Shown here piece by piece: positions 11,027 through 31,729 of a stretch of 64,000 nt of DNA. Source of the DNA: Chrysomallon squamiferum (Eukaryota > Animalia > Mollusca); contig CM022670.1 in NCBI GenBank assembly GCA_012295275.1, forward strand, positions 39,990,001-40,054,000, written 5' to 3'. The number at the start of each line of letters is the position of its first letter. Positions within the stretch are counted from its first letter, which is position 1. The notes below the pieces were generated by a model. It was not told the DNA's origin. It did not search any database and saw nothing but the letters and a program-made list of their open reading frames with translations. A program made the translations under genes and the position numbers.

Positions 11027-11610
11027 TAATAAACACCTCCAAGTGCTAATCAAAAAACAAATAAACTGATTTCTTTTTTCGTGTCAGCACAGCAGCAAGT
11101 TGGTGTTTGTGAGAATGTCTGGATGTGTTTCTTGCTCCAAAAAAAAAAAAAAAAAAAAATTTAAGTGCTAAAAGAATTATCATTTTGCTTGCTTACTGTA
11201 TAATTTTGTTCATTCTATATATACTACTTTACATTTTTGTATATTGCACCTTTTGCACCTTCGTTTTTATTTACAAATTATATCGGTCATTTTGACTAAT
11301 ATATGTATATATGTTTATTCACAGAAATATTTATGTACATATTTGTTATTGTTATATACATAAAAAAAAAAAAAAAAAAAAAATAAAAAAACAAAAAAAA
11401 AAAAAAAATTAAAAAAATTAAAATGAATAAATAATCAAAATATAGATATAATAAAAATGTAAATAATATAATTAAATAGATCATTTTAATTTCTTTTTAT
11501 AATTTTTTTACCTTTTTTCAAACAATAACAAAAACTGCACTATTTGTTTTTGTCAACATAATTATGATACAAAAAAACACATTATTTTCAATTAACTAAA
11601 CAAATAAACT
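11027..11610 (+). promoter_or_regulatory. Mos 3' UTR with candidate CPE, Pumilio and poly(A) elements
   Basis: TTTTTAT at 11264-11270 and ~11494-11500. TGTANATA at 11304-11311 and 11334-11341. AATAAA at 11425-11430 and 11603-11608. The AT-rich background lowers specificity. Confidence 0.4.
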
Positions 11611-12104
11611 AGTAACATTAAACCCAGTGTTTGTTCTTAATGCAGTATCTGCAGATAATTATTGATTATCAAAGACCAAAATGTATTTAAGATTCAGTAA
11701 ATTCTACATTTTTTTTATTCTTTTTTTCTTAATCAACATATTCATAATTATTTTCTGCAAATGACTAATTTTCAATATACATATAATCTATAGCGTAGAT
11801 CATAGATATTTGCAAATGTATAATTTGGTAATATTTAAAAATGACAATTGATGTAAAACATTTAACTAATTCAGAATCCTACACAAAATCATCCACTGTC
11901 AAAAAAAAAAAAAAAAAAAAAAAAATGAAAAAAAAAAAAAAAAAAAAAAAATTCCACACCATAACAGTGAATTATAATTTCAAAACCGTTTAGTAAATTT
12001 GGGTTAAAATATTTGTTTTGCAGTCATTATTTCATTTTCAAACAAGGGTTTATGTGGGGTTTTTTGTATTTTTTTAATCAGATTTATTTCTTTCAATTAT
12101 CATG

Positions 12105-14819
12105 CTATCTCAGTTCATCTTGGGTGGGAAGTTCAATCTTGTAATTGGCATCTTTCTGTGGTGGTCGTTGAAGAGGATGAGCCAGAAGCTGTGCCATGTA
12201 GTTGTATATCTTGGTCTGGTTCTTGGCAGTGTCAAAAATGTACGAGAGACCTTTGACGTCAAGTTCACACAACGTGTTGAAAATGTCCTGTAAAAACACA
12301 AAGGAATTCTACTTTTTGATTTTGATTTGTTATAATTTTATAATTTTCAAAAAAATATATATATAAAATAATTACGTTTGGAGATGTGTTTCTTTCTTCT
12401 TTTTTTTTTTTTTTTTTAATTTGACGATAACAGGAGTAACTAATAAAAATAAAATTATAAAAATTGAAAATAAACCATTAGGTAAAAACCTTAAGATTAT
12501 TAAGATTAGCCAAAATGCATTTGCAGCAACAAGAAAATTCTGTTAACATTACATTGGATAATTTTTGCTTAAATACAATATATATATATAATTTATAACG
12601 GTTTCATTTTAAGTAGAGAGAGAAAACGCACTTCACATTTGTTTTCTTCTGAAACTGGTTCATGCACATAAAGTGTGTCCACAAAGAAATAAGGAGAACA
12701 CTCAAGCAGTTTCTGACTCTGAAAGTAATTTTTAAATATTATAAACAAATGATATAACAGTAAAACAGCTAGGCAGCTGACAGAATAACAGATTCAGAAA
12801 TGAGAAGATCTGATACAGCAATTTTCAGGTTCTTGATATGCAGAACTGAAACTAGATACACGACATTTAATAATAACCACTTCTCTCAAACAGACATACT
12901 GCTGGACATAACACACAGAGTGAGAGAGAAAGATAAAGGGGGAGACAGAGAGAGCATGAGAGAATGAGGGAAAGAGGCACAGAGGTAAATGGAAATATGG
13001 ACAGATAAATATACAGAGTGAGAGAGAATGGAGAACAAAAGAGGTACAAATCTCTCCACTGATTAACTCCACTAATTGCAAACGTTCACCTCTTTCTCAG
13101 AGAAGTATGGACAGCACAGTGAACGTCCATACATAATGATGACTCGTACAGAGTAAGGGGGAGGCAGCACACTCTGATCACCCTTGACAACTGGAATTGT
13201 GACATGGTTTCTTCTGTAACGAAAACGTTTTCCAGTGAGTTAACTACTTCTGCAATTTCAAGCCAACATGGAAGCATGTATGACATAGGAAATATAATGA
13301 AAAAAAGAAAAGAGAAAGGATTTTGTACTTAAAGCCCTTTTAAGATAACCTTTTCATGTGTTAATTATTAATATTCATTAGAATAAAAAATTACTGAAAA
13401 CTAATTATTAATCTTTCTCTAGAGTCTGTGTAGTATTGAAACTGTTTAGATCTAGACTGTTTGATACCCAGCAGGTAATGATTTTTCAGTGTTGTTTTGT
13501 AAGAATTTATTTATATGTTAAATATTTCAGCCAGCTATTATTAATTCATAAATCTGTATAACTGTTACATATAATACACATATTAAAATGTGTACATGTG
13601 TTTGTGTATATTTTAAATTTTACTGTACATACACAGTTTGAAAAACTGCTGCTAAATCGAAACTTTCATAATCTGTAAAATTATCCATTTCATCCAGTGC
13701 ATTTAAAATTTCTTTTGGATGTCTGGTAAAATCATGTACCTGCAAAACAACAATAATAATAATAAAGTTAACAATAATTAAAAATCTAATTATGAAACAG
13801 AAAAGAATAATAATTTTATAAAATGTACTAATTAATAATTTTAAAAAAAACCCCAAAACATAATAATGTTGGAGATCTTTATATTATTGATGGTCATACA
13901 TATTTAAAAGATATATTATCACAGTATGCTGAAGACTGATTGACTCATATGATAGTAGATTTATAAAAGTTTAAATATTTATCTTATATATTTTATCAGA
14001 AGACATATCATTCACTTTAACACATACTTCACTGGCAATGTCTTATAAAATGAGCACAATTCTTATGTAGATGTAGATATAAACAAATATACAGGGGAGC
14101 TAAGATATCATCACTGAATACACAATTTTGTAGGATCTAACAAAAATAATATTAACTGTTAACATGAGAGACTAACCCACTGAGCATCCTCGTGCAGAAT
14201 GACCAGCGCAAACTCATGTTTCTGATCCAGTCTAAGTTTACTCTGCATGAAGAGATGGACAGCTTTTTTCACCAAGTGTAGTGCACAATATTTGTCACTG
14301 AAATGATAAACAGATATATATTTTCATTTTAACAGAGACTGACAGAGAAACCCCAAAAACCACACACACACATGCTTACCTCTAGATGAACAAAGTTCAA
14401 AAACTAATATATGTCCACACACCCACACACTCAGGCTTCACCGAACATATTCAGATATATGTGACAAAGTTTAAATGTAAAATCTGTATCATTTCAAACA
14501 TTTCTCAATAATTAAGTTATAACATACCCAGCTTTGGATCGGAAAATAGTATTGTTCATTTCTGCACTAAGATCCAGACACAAAACCTGAAAATAGAAAG
14601 ACACCAACCATATTCATACACAATTTAAATTACATTCAGTAAACACAAGTAAGCTACACTGTTAATCACAACTGAAACACTTCTAATTCTACAAGAGTGT
14701 TTTACCTCCATTGTTAAAGTCAGAACTGAGATACATTTGTAACATTATAGACAATTTTCTTTTTAGCCTCCCCTTTCGATTGACTAACATGAAGAAGAAG
14801 AAGAAAAACAACAACAGTT

Positions 14820-14851
<32 letters not shown>

Positions 14852-15080
14852 AAAATAATTTTAATAAATAAATATAATCAAAAATATATTTAATTACAAT
14901 TTTTTCGGGACAGTTAACTCTTGGACATGGTAGCTCATAAATAACTTCATCGTCTGCACCATCTTCTTCGTCAGCAGTACTTGTTATATTCCTGTCATTA
15001 TAATGTTTCGATTTCTTGACCTCATAATTATAATCCTGTTCATCATCAACTGCCTCGTACGGCATGCTCTGCGAAGCCAT
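12105..15080 (-). CDS. BABAM1: BRISC and BRCA1-A complex member 1 (MERIT40/NBA1), ~287 aa
   Basis: Exons 15080-14898, 14586-14528, 14297-14177, 13739-13633, 13213-13090, 12718-12632 and 12287-12105, all GT-AG, 864 nt open. Motifs PRVNCPEKIVLCLDLS, KHEFALVIL, LPPPYSVRVIIMYGR, PYFFVD and MAQLLAHPLQRP match the MERIT40 vWA-like domain. Confidence 0.93.
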
Positions 15081-15272
15081 GTCCTCGTTTTGTTTATGTA
15101 ACAATTTTATATTAACTATTATTTGTATTAAGAATTTAAGTGCTTCTTGAAATCAACATCCATTAAGTTATTAACAGAAACTATTGCCTGTGATTCATTC
15201 ACATAACCATTTAGTAGTTCACAAGTTTTATACAATATTATTAATATATATATATATAAAAATAATAATAAA

Positions 15273-15319
<47 letters not shown>

Positions 15320-15329
15320 CAACAATAAT

Positions 15330-15660
15330 AATAAAACTATAATGAAAGTAATATTATTTGGTGTCCGGAAGCTATTAATGAATTATCGGCCCATGAAAAT
15401 ATTATTCTTAAAATAAATCGTTATTAGTTTGTCAAAATTATTTGCTAAAGTATTGAAACATATTATCAGAATTTCCAACCCATACTTTAATTTGATTAGT
15501 TAAATTTAAATTTCTGTTGCTATTAATATAAAAATAAATTTATGGTATTTAAACAACGTAACGATTTATTACAGATTATTTGTTAAAATGGCTTCTCGTA
15601 TGTGTTAAAACAGATGTTAAATAGTAATAATTGGATCACATAATCTGTCATTCTGCGTAA
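15330..15660. promoter_or_regulatory. Putative bidirectional promoter between BABAM1 and membralin
   Basis: The genes are head-to-head. ETS motif CCGGAAG at 15365 and YY1-like AAAATGGC at ~15585. A + strand donor GTAAGT at 15657 and exon-like 15966-16124 suggest 5' UTR exons of membralin. Confidence 0.45.
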
Positions 15661-16731
15661 GTTAGATTTTAATATTTTGCTTTTATTAAGTTTTGGGGTC
15701 TTTTTTCTTTTTGTATTGTCACCCCGAGGAAATTAATTATCTGTTGTTCAGATGAAAATCAGAAAACAAACGGAAAAAAAAAAAGAGTATATGATATTAT
15801 CATCTACATCAGTATATGATTTTTCCCCTTCCAACAATTACGAATTAATAAATTCAGTCACTCGTTGATTTAATGATAATCATCATAATGTGATAGTGAT
15901 ATTTTTATTATCTAAAAATCACAGTAAACTTCATTTGTCAGTGAGGTACCTTAACTTGTTTACAGGAGTCTGAGGAGATGGCTGGGAAAGTCATGGCCTT
16001 GAGTTAGTTGATAGTGTCTAAGACACTACACTGTAGTGTAGACATTAACTGAGTAAGACTAAGAGTTATTGAAAAAGTCTACATAACTAACAAACACTGA
16101 ATCACAATTTCAGTTTGACACAATGTAAGTGATTCATGTAAAACTAAAAATCATTTTTATGATGCTTAGAATAGTTTTATTTTCAAATAATATACTTGTA
16201 TCAATATTATTCTGGCATCTTTGTATAATAGCCTATACTATACTATAGGTAGTACTAGTTGAGTGGCAGTTGCAGATTGTACATACTCATAATGATAAGT
16301 AATTTCTAAATTTATACTCTTTTTGTTTTAGGTATTTTAAGTCAGGATCTTATTTTTGCACCTTATTAGTATTACTTGGTGTTTAGGTGTGGATTTTGTT
16401 TTTATTTTTATTTTGTAACACTAATAATGTGTGAACACCATCAAGGAAATTAAGATATAAAAATAATAATAAAATAATAACCCCCTCCAAAAAAAAAAAG
16501 AGATTTTATAATAATATTATTTCTGAATTTTGTCAGTTTAATGAATCATATATCTAAATAATTTTCTAAATTTTAATATAAAATGTTTGAAACAGAATCA
16601 TTAATATTGATAATTTACTACTAATAAAAAAATGATATATTCTGGTATTAATAATAACAACAAAGTATTTTAACCATGTGATATATCAAATTTTAATTTA
16701 TGTTTTTCAGTTTGTTATCAAAGGAGGAATC

Positions 16732-23010
<6,279 letters not shown>

Positions 23011-24154
23011 CACCATCACAGGATACAATCAATCTCTCACCATCTCAGGATGTAATCAATCAGTCATCTTTACAGGATGCAGTTAACTGTTCTTCATCAA
23101 CTGAGGTGACTGACAGATCGACACCTTTAAGAGATTTGCATGGTCAGTGTTCAGCAAGTAGTGGCCAGTCTATCAGAACTGTTATTGAACAGTCAACAAC
23201 AGATGCTAACACTGACCAGTCAGCACTCACAGATACAACTGACCAGTCATCATCTGTTGACCCTGTTGATCATTCGTCAGCCGTTGATGCTGTTTGTCAG
23301 TCATCTTTATCTGGAAGCACTGGGGAGACAAGTTCTATGCAGTATTATTCTGAAAATGTGAATATAGATCATTTGCATTGTCAGCTCTCATTAACTGACA
23401 ACAAACAGTGTTGTAGTCATCAAAGCAAGGAAGATATGTCTGGAGATTATAAAATGAATGATGATGACCAAAGAATGCAGACAGCGAATGGTGATTTCAG
23501 ACTGTCAAACCAGACTTTAAGAACAGATGATAGAAGTTATAAGACTGTAACTGAAACCTCAGTAGATTCAGTCTCTGGTGAAAGTGGAGTTAGGGATTCA
23601 GTTGTTGTGTCTTCTGTGAACATTTCTTCTGATGATGAAACTTCTCTGAAATCTGTGCATGCAAATTTAACAAGTTCTTCAGATTGTGTTTCTCAAGAGA
23701 GTTGTGATACACATGCCTTTTCTGAACTTTGATTTTCCAAGTGCAATTGTCAGTGAATTAGAAAGTGAGACAAAACCTTTATTTATAAAAATATTTTTTA
23801 CAACAGGGAAGCTTGAGGGATATTAAATACAGACATTTTATTGTTATAATGCTAGTAATTATGTATTATCAGTGTATTATGTATATAACTGACAAACAAA
23901 TTTAGAAATTTGGTCCTTGGTTTATTTATTAGTGACATCTCATGTTCAGCTTGTTTATTAATGTCAAAATTTATATTGTTTGTTTATATTAACAGGCGCA
24001 GGTGAACATAATGTTCCAAAATAACATGATACGTTGGAAGCAGCAAACAGATGAATATAAACAAAATACAAAGGCTCTGCATTTCAGCATTATTGACTTT
24101 CTTTACTGGGATTGTTAGTTTTAACAAATGTATGTGTAATAAAATCATGATTGT

Positions 24155-24470
24155 CCTTTGAAGTAAATTTATACATTTCGTTTTTCACAAAGAGATATTG
24201 AAAAGGAGAATTTATATATTGAATTTTTTTTTTATTAAGAGATGAAGAACAGTAAACTGCATACATTTCAGTTTTTTTAATTAAAACTATAAAAGATATT
24301 GAGAAGTAAAATTTATATATTTCATTTTCCTTTAAGAAATATAATGTTGAAAAGTAACATTTATACATTTCATTTTCCTCTAAGGAATATAATGCTGAAA
24401 AGTAAAATTTATACCTATCATTTTTCATTAAAAAATATAATGCTGAAAAGTAGAATGAACTATTTTCATG
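24155..24470. repeat. ~48-bp degenerate minisatellite in the membralin 3' region
   Basis: Recurring gaaaagtaaaatttatacatttcattttcct.taaga.atataatg(c/t)t, ~6 copies. It explains the periodic ORF at 24090-24503. Confidence 0.75.
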
Positions 24471-25589
24471 TCTGATTTCAGAGAAAATGTAATCATTTTG
24501 CATGTCGACCTACAGACATAATTATCTGTCTATCTTACTGTCTGGGTTTTATTTTGTACTAATTTTTTACTGGATAGATTATCTCTGATAATTTAACGTT
24601 ATGTGTAAATTTTACAAATTATGTTACAGTGTTAATGATGATGTGGTGAATAACATATTACAATCGTAACTCATCTGATCAAACGAGTTAATTTGCTTTG
24701 TATTGTAGCACATTTGATTATGTATCACTGTAACAACAAATAACTGTATTGTGATGTTCATTCCATAGTCATCTGTGATGTTAATTATTGCTTGATGCTG
24801 GTAAGTGGTTGTTAACACTAACTGTAATAACAGGATTGCTCTGAAGGTACATATTTCATGACTTTTAAGTTTATTGTTACCATCATCAATATTATTTTTA
24901 TTAATTTTCAAATTTATTATTATTTGTATTCTTATGTCTGTTAATGTATATACATTTTTCTTCTTTCTTTTTTTTTTTTTTTTTTCAATTTGAATAAACA
25001 GATGTCAGTTGGTAATTTTGTGTCTTTAGGATACATTAAACAGCTACATATTTTAACAAATAATGCATAAAATAAATTACTTCAAAAAAGAAACAGATTC
25101 CAATTATTATTTTTCTTATAGTAATTTTTAAAATTTGTTTTGCTAATTTAAGTTTATTAGTGGAGTACAGCATAACAGTAGTATTTATATATATTCAGTT
25201 TATATTATTTTTCTATATTTTTACTTTTCTATTTGCTCTTATTGTTTTGTATGTCATATGCTCGATATAAACACACTTTAATGAAATTATGGAATCTTCT
25301 AAATAATACATGGTATTAACTATTACTTCTCTGACATCTTTCTTCTTCCAAATCCTAAAATATGTGACATTTCCTGAGAAAGGACAAACAAAAAAAAAAA
25401 AAAAAAAAAAATATTCATATATACAACGCACACATACTCCATGAATGTTTGTGACAAGTTGTAAATAATTTGTCAGCATAGTAAACCTTTGTCTTTCAAA
25501 TGTTTCTTTCTCTTGGTTTCAGTGTTAACAAATATTGAAATGATTTTGTAAAGGATAGAAAAAAAAATTATTTTATATTATTATTATTA

Positions 25590-25642
<53 letters not shown>

Positions 25643-28475
25643 TTATAAAAAAAAAAAAAAATATTTATTTATTTTCTTTAATGAAATATATATGTATATA
25701 GTCTGTATTATGCCTTTTGTTTTTCTTGGGAAATATATTTCCAGTCAGAGCAAGGAATGATATTCAAGATACTTCTTATTTGTAAATAAAATATGAAAGA
25801 AATCACCAATTGGTTTTTTTATTTATTTATTTATTTATTATTTGTTGTTTTAAAAACCATTGTACAGATACGTAAAGCAATACATGTAATTCTAAATACC
25901 CGAAGCTCTGATTTTGGAATATTTTTAAAGTAAACATTTCCAGAAATGTAGAAAACCAACTGAACTTCAAAAACAAGAATTACAACCATACACATTTTTT
26001 ATATGATTATGTGAGATCATTCCTGAGTAAGAGTTGTCCTTCGTGAACAGATACTTCACTTCTGCAGACGACACTGTAAGAGTTGTCGTTCCTAAAGGCT
26101 TTTCATGAATGCGACACTACCGCATCTCTTCAAACAGTAAATACGGCGGTTGTTTGTCAAACACAAAATACAGTTTGAAATAAGATAAATCTAAATCTTC
26201 CATTTAAATAATCTATTATTTTTCGTTTATTCGATTTTTTTCTAACATTCAGTTTCCAATTCCCCCCCATTTCCTTGTTACGGTTTATTTTCAGATTTTC
26301 AATTGCGTCTTTTTAAAGAAATTTCTCCTAACAAACATTTGATCTCATTCTGCTTTTAAACATATAGTAAATCCACGTAACATTCTGAGGTTGGAAATTC
26401 TGAATACAGATAACTATTCTAAAAGGATAACTAATGATGATAAATGGTAACGAAAGACAAGGTCTATACTTAATCATTCTCGATTGTGCAGTCATCAACT
26501 TTAAAATAATCAGAGCATTACTATATTCTGACATAGCAAAATGTGTATCTCTAGTTCGCATTTTTGTAACGACTATTCCCAAACTACAGCGAATGATTAT
26601 ATACTCAATTAAAACGTAACAAAACTTAATGAATTCGTGATAAATGGTCGTTATTTATATCCCAAAACTTAATTAATTTAAAACAAACAATTTGCAAATA
26701 ATTATATATAATTTATTCATTTTACGATAGAACCGATTAATGTCAACACAGAATGCTATAATGGTAGATAAGATCATAGTAAAATAAATAACACAAAATA
26801 TACATAATTGTATCAGAAATAATAATGAACAAATAAGCATCCATCCACACAACAAATATACGTAACATTAAAAAAAAAAAAACAGCAGAGAATTAGCCAC
26901 TGTGCTAAACGAATAGAAATATCAAAAACCATAACGAAAGACTGTACGTTTTCACAGTTTATAAACCCTTACCATTTTTTAATTATTTACTTACATTCCG
27001 TTTCATTTAATTAAAAGAATTTATGAATTAAATAAAACATACATTGAGAAACAGTCTTCTGTATCTTCTCTAAAACAGTGCATAAATGTTCTCATATGGT
27101 ACACGATAAGTAAAATATCCAAACTCAGGGTAATTATTACAGATATTTTCGATACGAATAAATAAATAAATAAATAAATAATAAAAATTAAAAATAATAA
27201 ATAAATAAAAAATTCCCAAACAACCTAGCAAATTCTTAGGATTGAACAGAACGTAAAAGAGAAAAAAAGCAGAATAAAGCCCGTAATGTCCGCATGGGGA
27301 TTGGTTTGAGCAAATGGGGGGTGGGGGAGGAGTGGAAAGAGAGAAGAAAAATGATGCCTGGGTTAATTTTAAAGAGAAGTAAGAGGAAGAGAAATATAAC
27401 AGAGGTAGTAATATTTCTGTGCTTGCTCGAGCTTTAAGAAAGAAAGGTGTAAAAGAAGGCAGTAAAACATTTTCCAAAATATAAAAATAATTTAATGGTC
27501 TGTTTTCATCAATCCGATACATATTGAATATTTACTCAGATCAGTTTTGATTCAGGCGGAAAATCGGTATCATATACAATTATCTAGACGTAGACACAAT
27601 GCTGTACATAACAGCAAATAATCCGATATGCAGTGTAAACAATTTAGGTTGCTTTATTCTAAAAACTACAACCCGATAACAATCAAATCCTCCTGATCAT
27701 TCCTGATCATAAATATTTTATTCCCTTGTTTAGCAGTACATTGAATAATAATAAAAAATAAATAAATCCATTCTATGACACTTTCACAGCAAATTACAAA
27801 TCCAACAAACCAGTTATAAAATATTCCATTAGTTGCTGTTGTACAATAAAACCGCATATATTTTGAATATTTTAAATCTTTTGATTTCTGGCCGGTCTAT
27901 ATCTATTATTTACAAATAATAAAAAGCATAGAAGGGAGTTTTTTAAAGTTAAGACTATTTCGAGAGTGATTTAATGAAAAAAAAAAAAAAAAAAAAATAA
28001 ATAAAAAAAATAATAAAAAATAAAATAAATAAATATATAAAACAAAGAAAAAGAAGAAACTATTATTGTAATAAAATTTACTATTTGCATACTGTTTCTG
28101 AATATGAGCATAATATATTCAGTGTAAATGTCTGCTGACTACTTTGGGCACATTTAACTAAATAAAGGAATTAAAATCTTACAGTCTGTTTCCAAGAATT
28201 GCTTAACACTAGCATCAGTCTTAAGAAATCGGTCAGATTTTGTCTGTCAGCTGTAATTTTCGAATGATCAACATTCGCACCAGAGGAAAAAGACGATAAA
28301 AAATATGTGCTAGCGTGCTGTTGTATGTTGAAAACAGTAAGTACTACTGTATGATGTAATAAAATCCTTGAGAATGTACCAGACAGGAAGATTGTTATAA
28401 AAACTGTAGACGTTTTAAGGAAAACCGTCTGCACTTTAGTCAACGTCTGAATGTAGCTGGAGTTGTACTGATGAC

Positions 28476-31400
28476 TTACTTACTATCGGAAGACTTATCG
28501 GATGATTTGTCTGAAAATTTGTCCCAGTTCTTGTCGACACTTTTATCTTTGTCTTTCTTCGAAAATATACCTTTTCTGAAAATGGAATGCTTTTCCGATT
28601 TGCCACTAGTAGTACTGCCATTGGTTTCTGGCGGAGAATATTGAATGATGTAGTTGAAAACATTTGGGGAAGACTTGTCCTCGCTTTTGTCTTTTCTGGC
28701 ATAAAGAGACAACATGTAGTTACCGTGTTTCGTGAGTTTCACAAAGAATTTCACCGTCTTGGAGTTTTGTGGCTCGCGTACCATGTTCACGTAATCTTTG
28801 GTGTCCTCGTTTGGCTCGCGCAGAAACTGATACGATATAGTCACGTTTTCCGGGACATTTAGCTCCAGCGTGCACTGATTGGAGTCTTGAAGTTTGATAA
28901 CAGGATCCTTATGCGACACCAGCCGCAATCCGTATTCTTCAAAAGACGCAGTCGGTCCCCATTTGCTCCTGGAGACACTGATCTTAGGGATATCCACTAC
29001 CTGGCTAACTTTCCCGCAGTTAATCAAGTATTTACAAGCATGCGACAACGTGTTGGATTCCGATCCTCCCTTAGGTCGTGCAAAAAGGTCGAGGCCGTAC
29101 TGGCCTGGCTGTGGTAGAACGACAGAGATTTTCAGGATTTTCGAGTCTGTGGATAAGTGCACGAAGGGGTCCAGAACGTGATCCTCCACCATGCTCATTC
29201 GCAGTTTGGCTACGAACTGCAGAGGACGCGGGATGTTGAACTTCAGTTCAAACTTGTCGTCCACCGTCAGAATGCCGGCTTTGGCAGTCTCGGCATTGTC
29301 GTTCGGATCACCGGGAACAACTTCCAGAGGGACGGCAGAAAGCCCAAAATGTCGGAAGGCCTTCTTGGGTCCCCACTCCCCTGCAGCGCAGTTGGGAAGA
29401 GGATGCATCTTCCCGACGAGCGACGAGCACTTCACCTTGAATTTGCAGGCGCATTTCAAACGGAAAAGGTGCAAAATTGGCGTTGGATTCTTCAAGGCAT
29501 CGATTGGACTCGTCGATTTTGTTTGCAAATATTTCGAAGAAGTAGTCAGCAGTGACAGGCACGTGGATGCTGAACGTGACAGTGTTCTCCACCATCGTCT
29601 GGAACACGAACCTCTCAAGGCTGGCTCCTTTGTAAGACATCTCGTGTTTTCTTTCCTTGTCGGCGAACCGAAGCTGGTAGAAGAAGACCAAGTCGTTTTC
29701 TAACTGCTCCGGTATCTTGATGCTCACTTTGACTCCTCCCTTGTCGTCTGTCTCCAGAACGGACAGTCTGCTCTGTTCGAAGCGCATCCCGTAGTGGAAG
29801 AACACAGAACGCACGAATGGAAGAGCTTCGAACTCCTCTCGCGTTATAGGGTTTTCCAGCAGCTGCCACTTTTTGTCTAACGGCCAGAACTCCTGGATGA
29901 ATTCGTCTGGGTCGGTGAGGAAGTAATGCTCGTCGTACTGGTAGCGGATCTGATCGCGTTTCTTTGGTTTGTCCTTTTCCTTGTCTTTGTTCAGAACAAG
30001 ATGTCTGAAATAAAACATGTACACCCATTAGGAAACCAGTTCTAAAACAGTTCTCAAGTTTTTAAAATATTCTTTCTTTCATTTGTCTGTTCCGTTTCAT
30101 CCATTCGTTCATCATCCATCAACCGTACAGACGTGCAACAATCCATCCATTTAACTATCATTTCAATCAGTCATTCCCTTTAATATATCTTATTAACAAA
30201 GAAAAAAACAATAATATAATATAACAAATTAAATTAAATAAATAAAATAAAATAAATAAAAATAAATAAAATAAAAATAAATAAAAATAAATAAAATTAA
30301 TAAAATAGATAAATAAATAAATCAGACGCAGTTATATCGAGATTCCCTAAAAATAAATTGGTTGCAGCTTTTAATCGACTCGCTAAAGCGTGTTGATTTG
30401 TTTAGATTTTGAAGATTTGTTAAAAATAAAATGTATTAACTCACTGCATTCGGCGTGAGCTATGAGAATACATTCCAAACAAATCATTTATAAAATTTAG
30501 AATAAACTGAAGAACGAATCAAATCATTAGGATACAGTTTAAACCATCATGAAACCGTCACAAGCAACAGTTGAAAATTAAACATGTATATATAAACATT
30601 TATTTACACAAACATAAAAATAGGCCAAACAGATAAATGACAAAACCATAACGTTTCATATTCTAAGAAAAAATGCACCTAGTAATTTTATTTAATTTTT
30701 TTTTATTTTCTGTACAAATTTAAAACAGCCAACAAAACCAAACCAAGGCTGCTGAGATATTAACACACCTGGCTCCCCAGTTACACTGAATCAACCTCCA
30801 GTCTCCGTCGATAAGTACGGCATTCCACGTGTTTTGAAAAGTGTCGTCTGTAATCTTCATACCCGGCTCATAGCCCACACTCTTAGAGTGACCCTTGATC
30901 TCCAGACAGTGCAGACCACAGTAACTGTCAACAAATAAAATAAATAAGTCACAAGTCATTCAGTAAATTAATAAAAAAAAAAAACAGTAAGTAACATACT
31001 TTTTTTGCGTCATCATCGTTTCATGATCATAGCTGCAATAACGATCTTGATACTGTTAAACAGTTCATAAAGTGTACTAATAAATTTTAATGAGGATCAA
31101 ATTGATTTGTTTTTTTTACCTGCACAGTCGCATGAAAAGAACGTGATAGGTTTCCGTGCCGTACTTGATACCCCTCAGTAATCCCATGGGCGTGTCTTCA
31201 TCAATATCATCGTCAAACTCGATCACATTGAGATCTTTCACCGTTATCCATCGATATATCGCTCTAGAACAAGAACAATTGTAAAAAAAAAAATGTCTGT
31301 TATTACATTTTTTAATTTTTTTTTTTTTTTTTTTTGTTAAATGTTTGTTAAGTGTGAGATGATATCAAAATATATTTTGTTAATTCTTATTTTAGTCATT

Positions 31401-31651
31401 TAATTTAAAAAAAAAAAATGTTTAAAGAGTATTTGTTATTGTTTTTGTCAGATATTTGAAAAATCTAATTGTATCAACACTGAAAACCAATATATCAGCA
31501 CGTTGCAGAATATTCAACTTGACGAATGAATATTGGCAAAACAACAGCGAAACCATTGATATTATAAAAAGAAAGCCAGAGATAGGGAGAGAGAATATGA
31601 GAGGGTGTGAGGAAGAGAGAGACACAAAGGAATACAGACACAGACACAGAC

Positions 31652-31729
<78 letters not shown>

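Noticed and set aside
14706-14787. Exon-like segment with a donor site in BABAM1 intron 1
   Set aside because: It is not needed for a continuous BABAM1 frame and shows no recognisable homology.
28587-29703. Several + strand ORFs over hillarin exon 8
   Set aside because: These are antisense shadows of a GC-richer coding exon.
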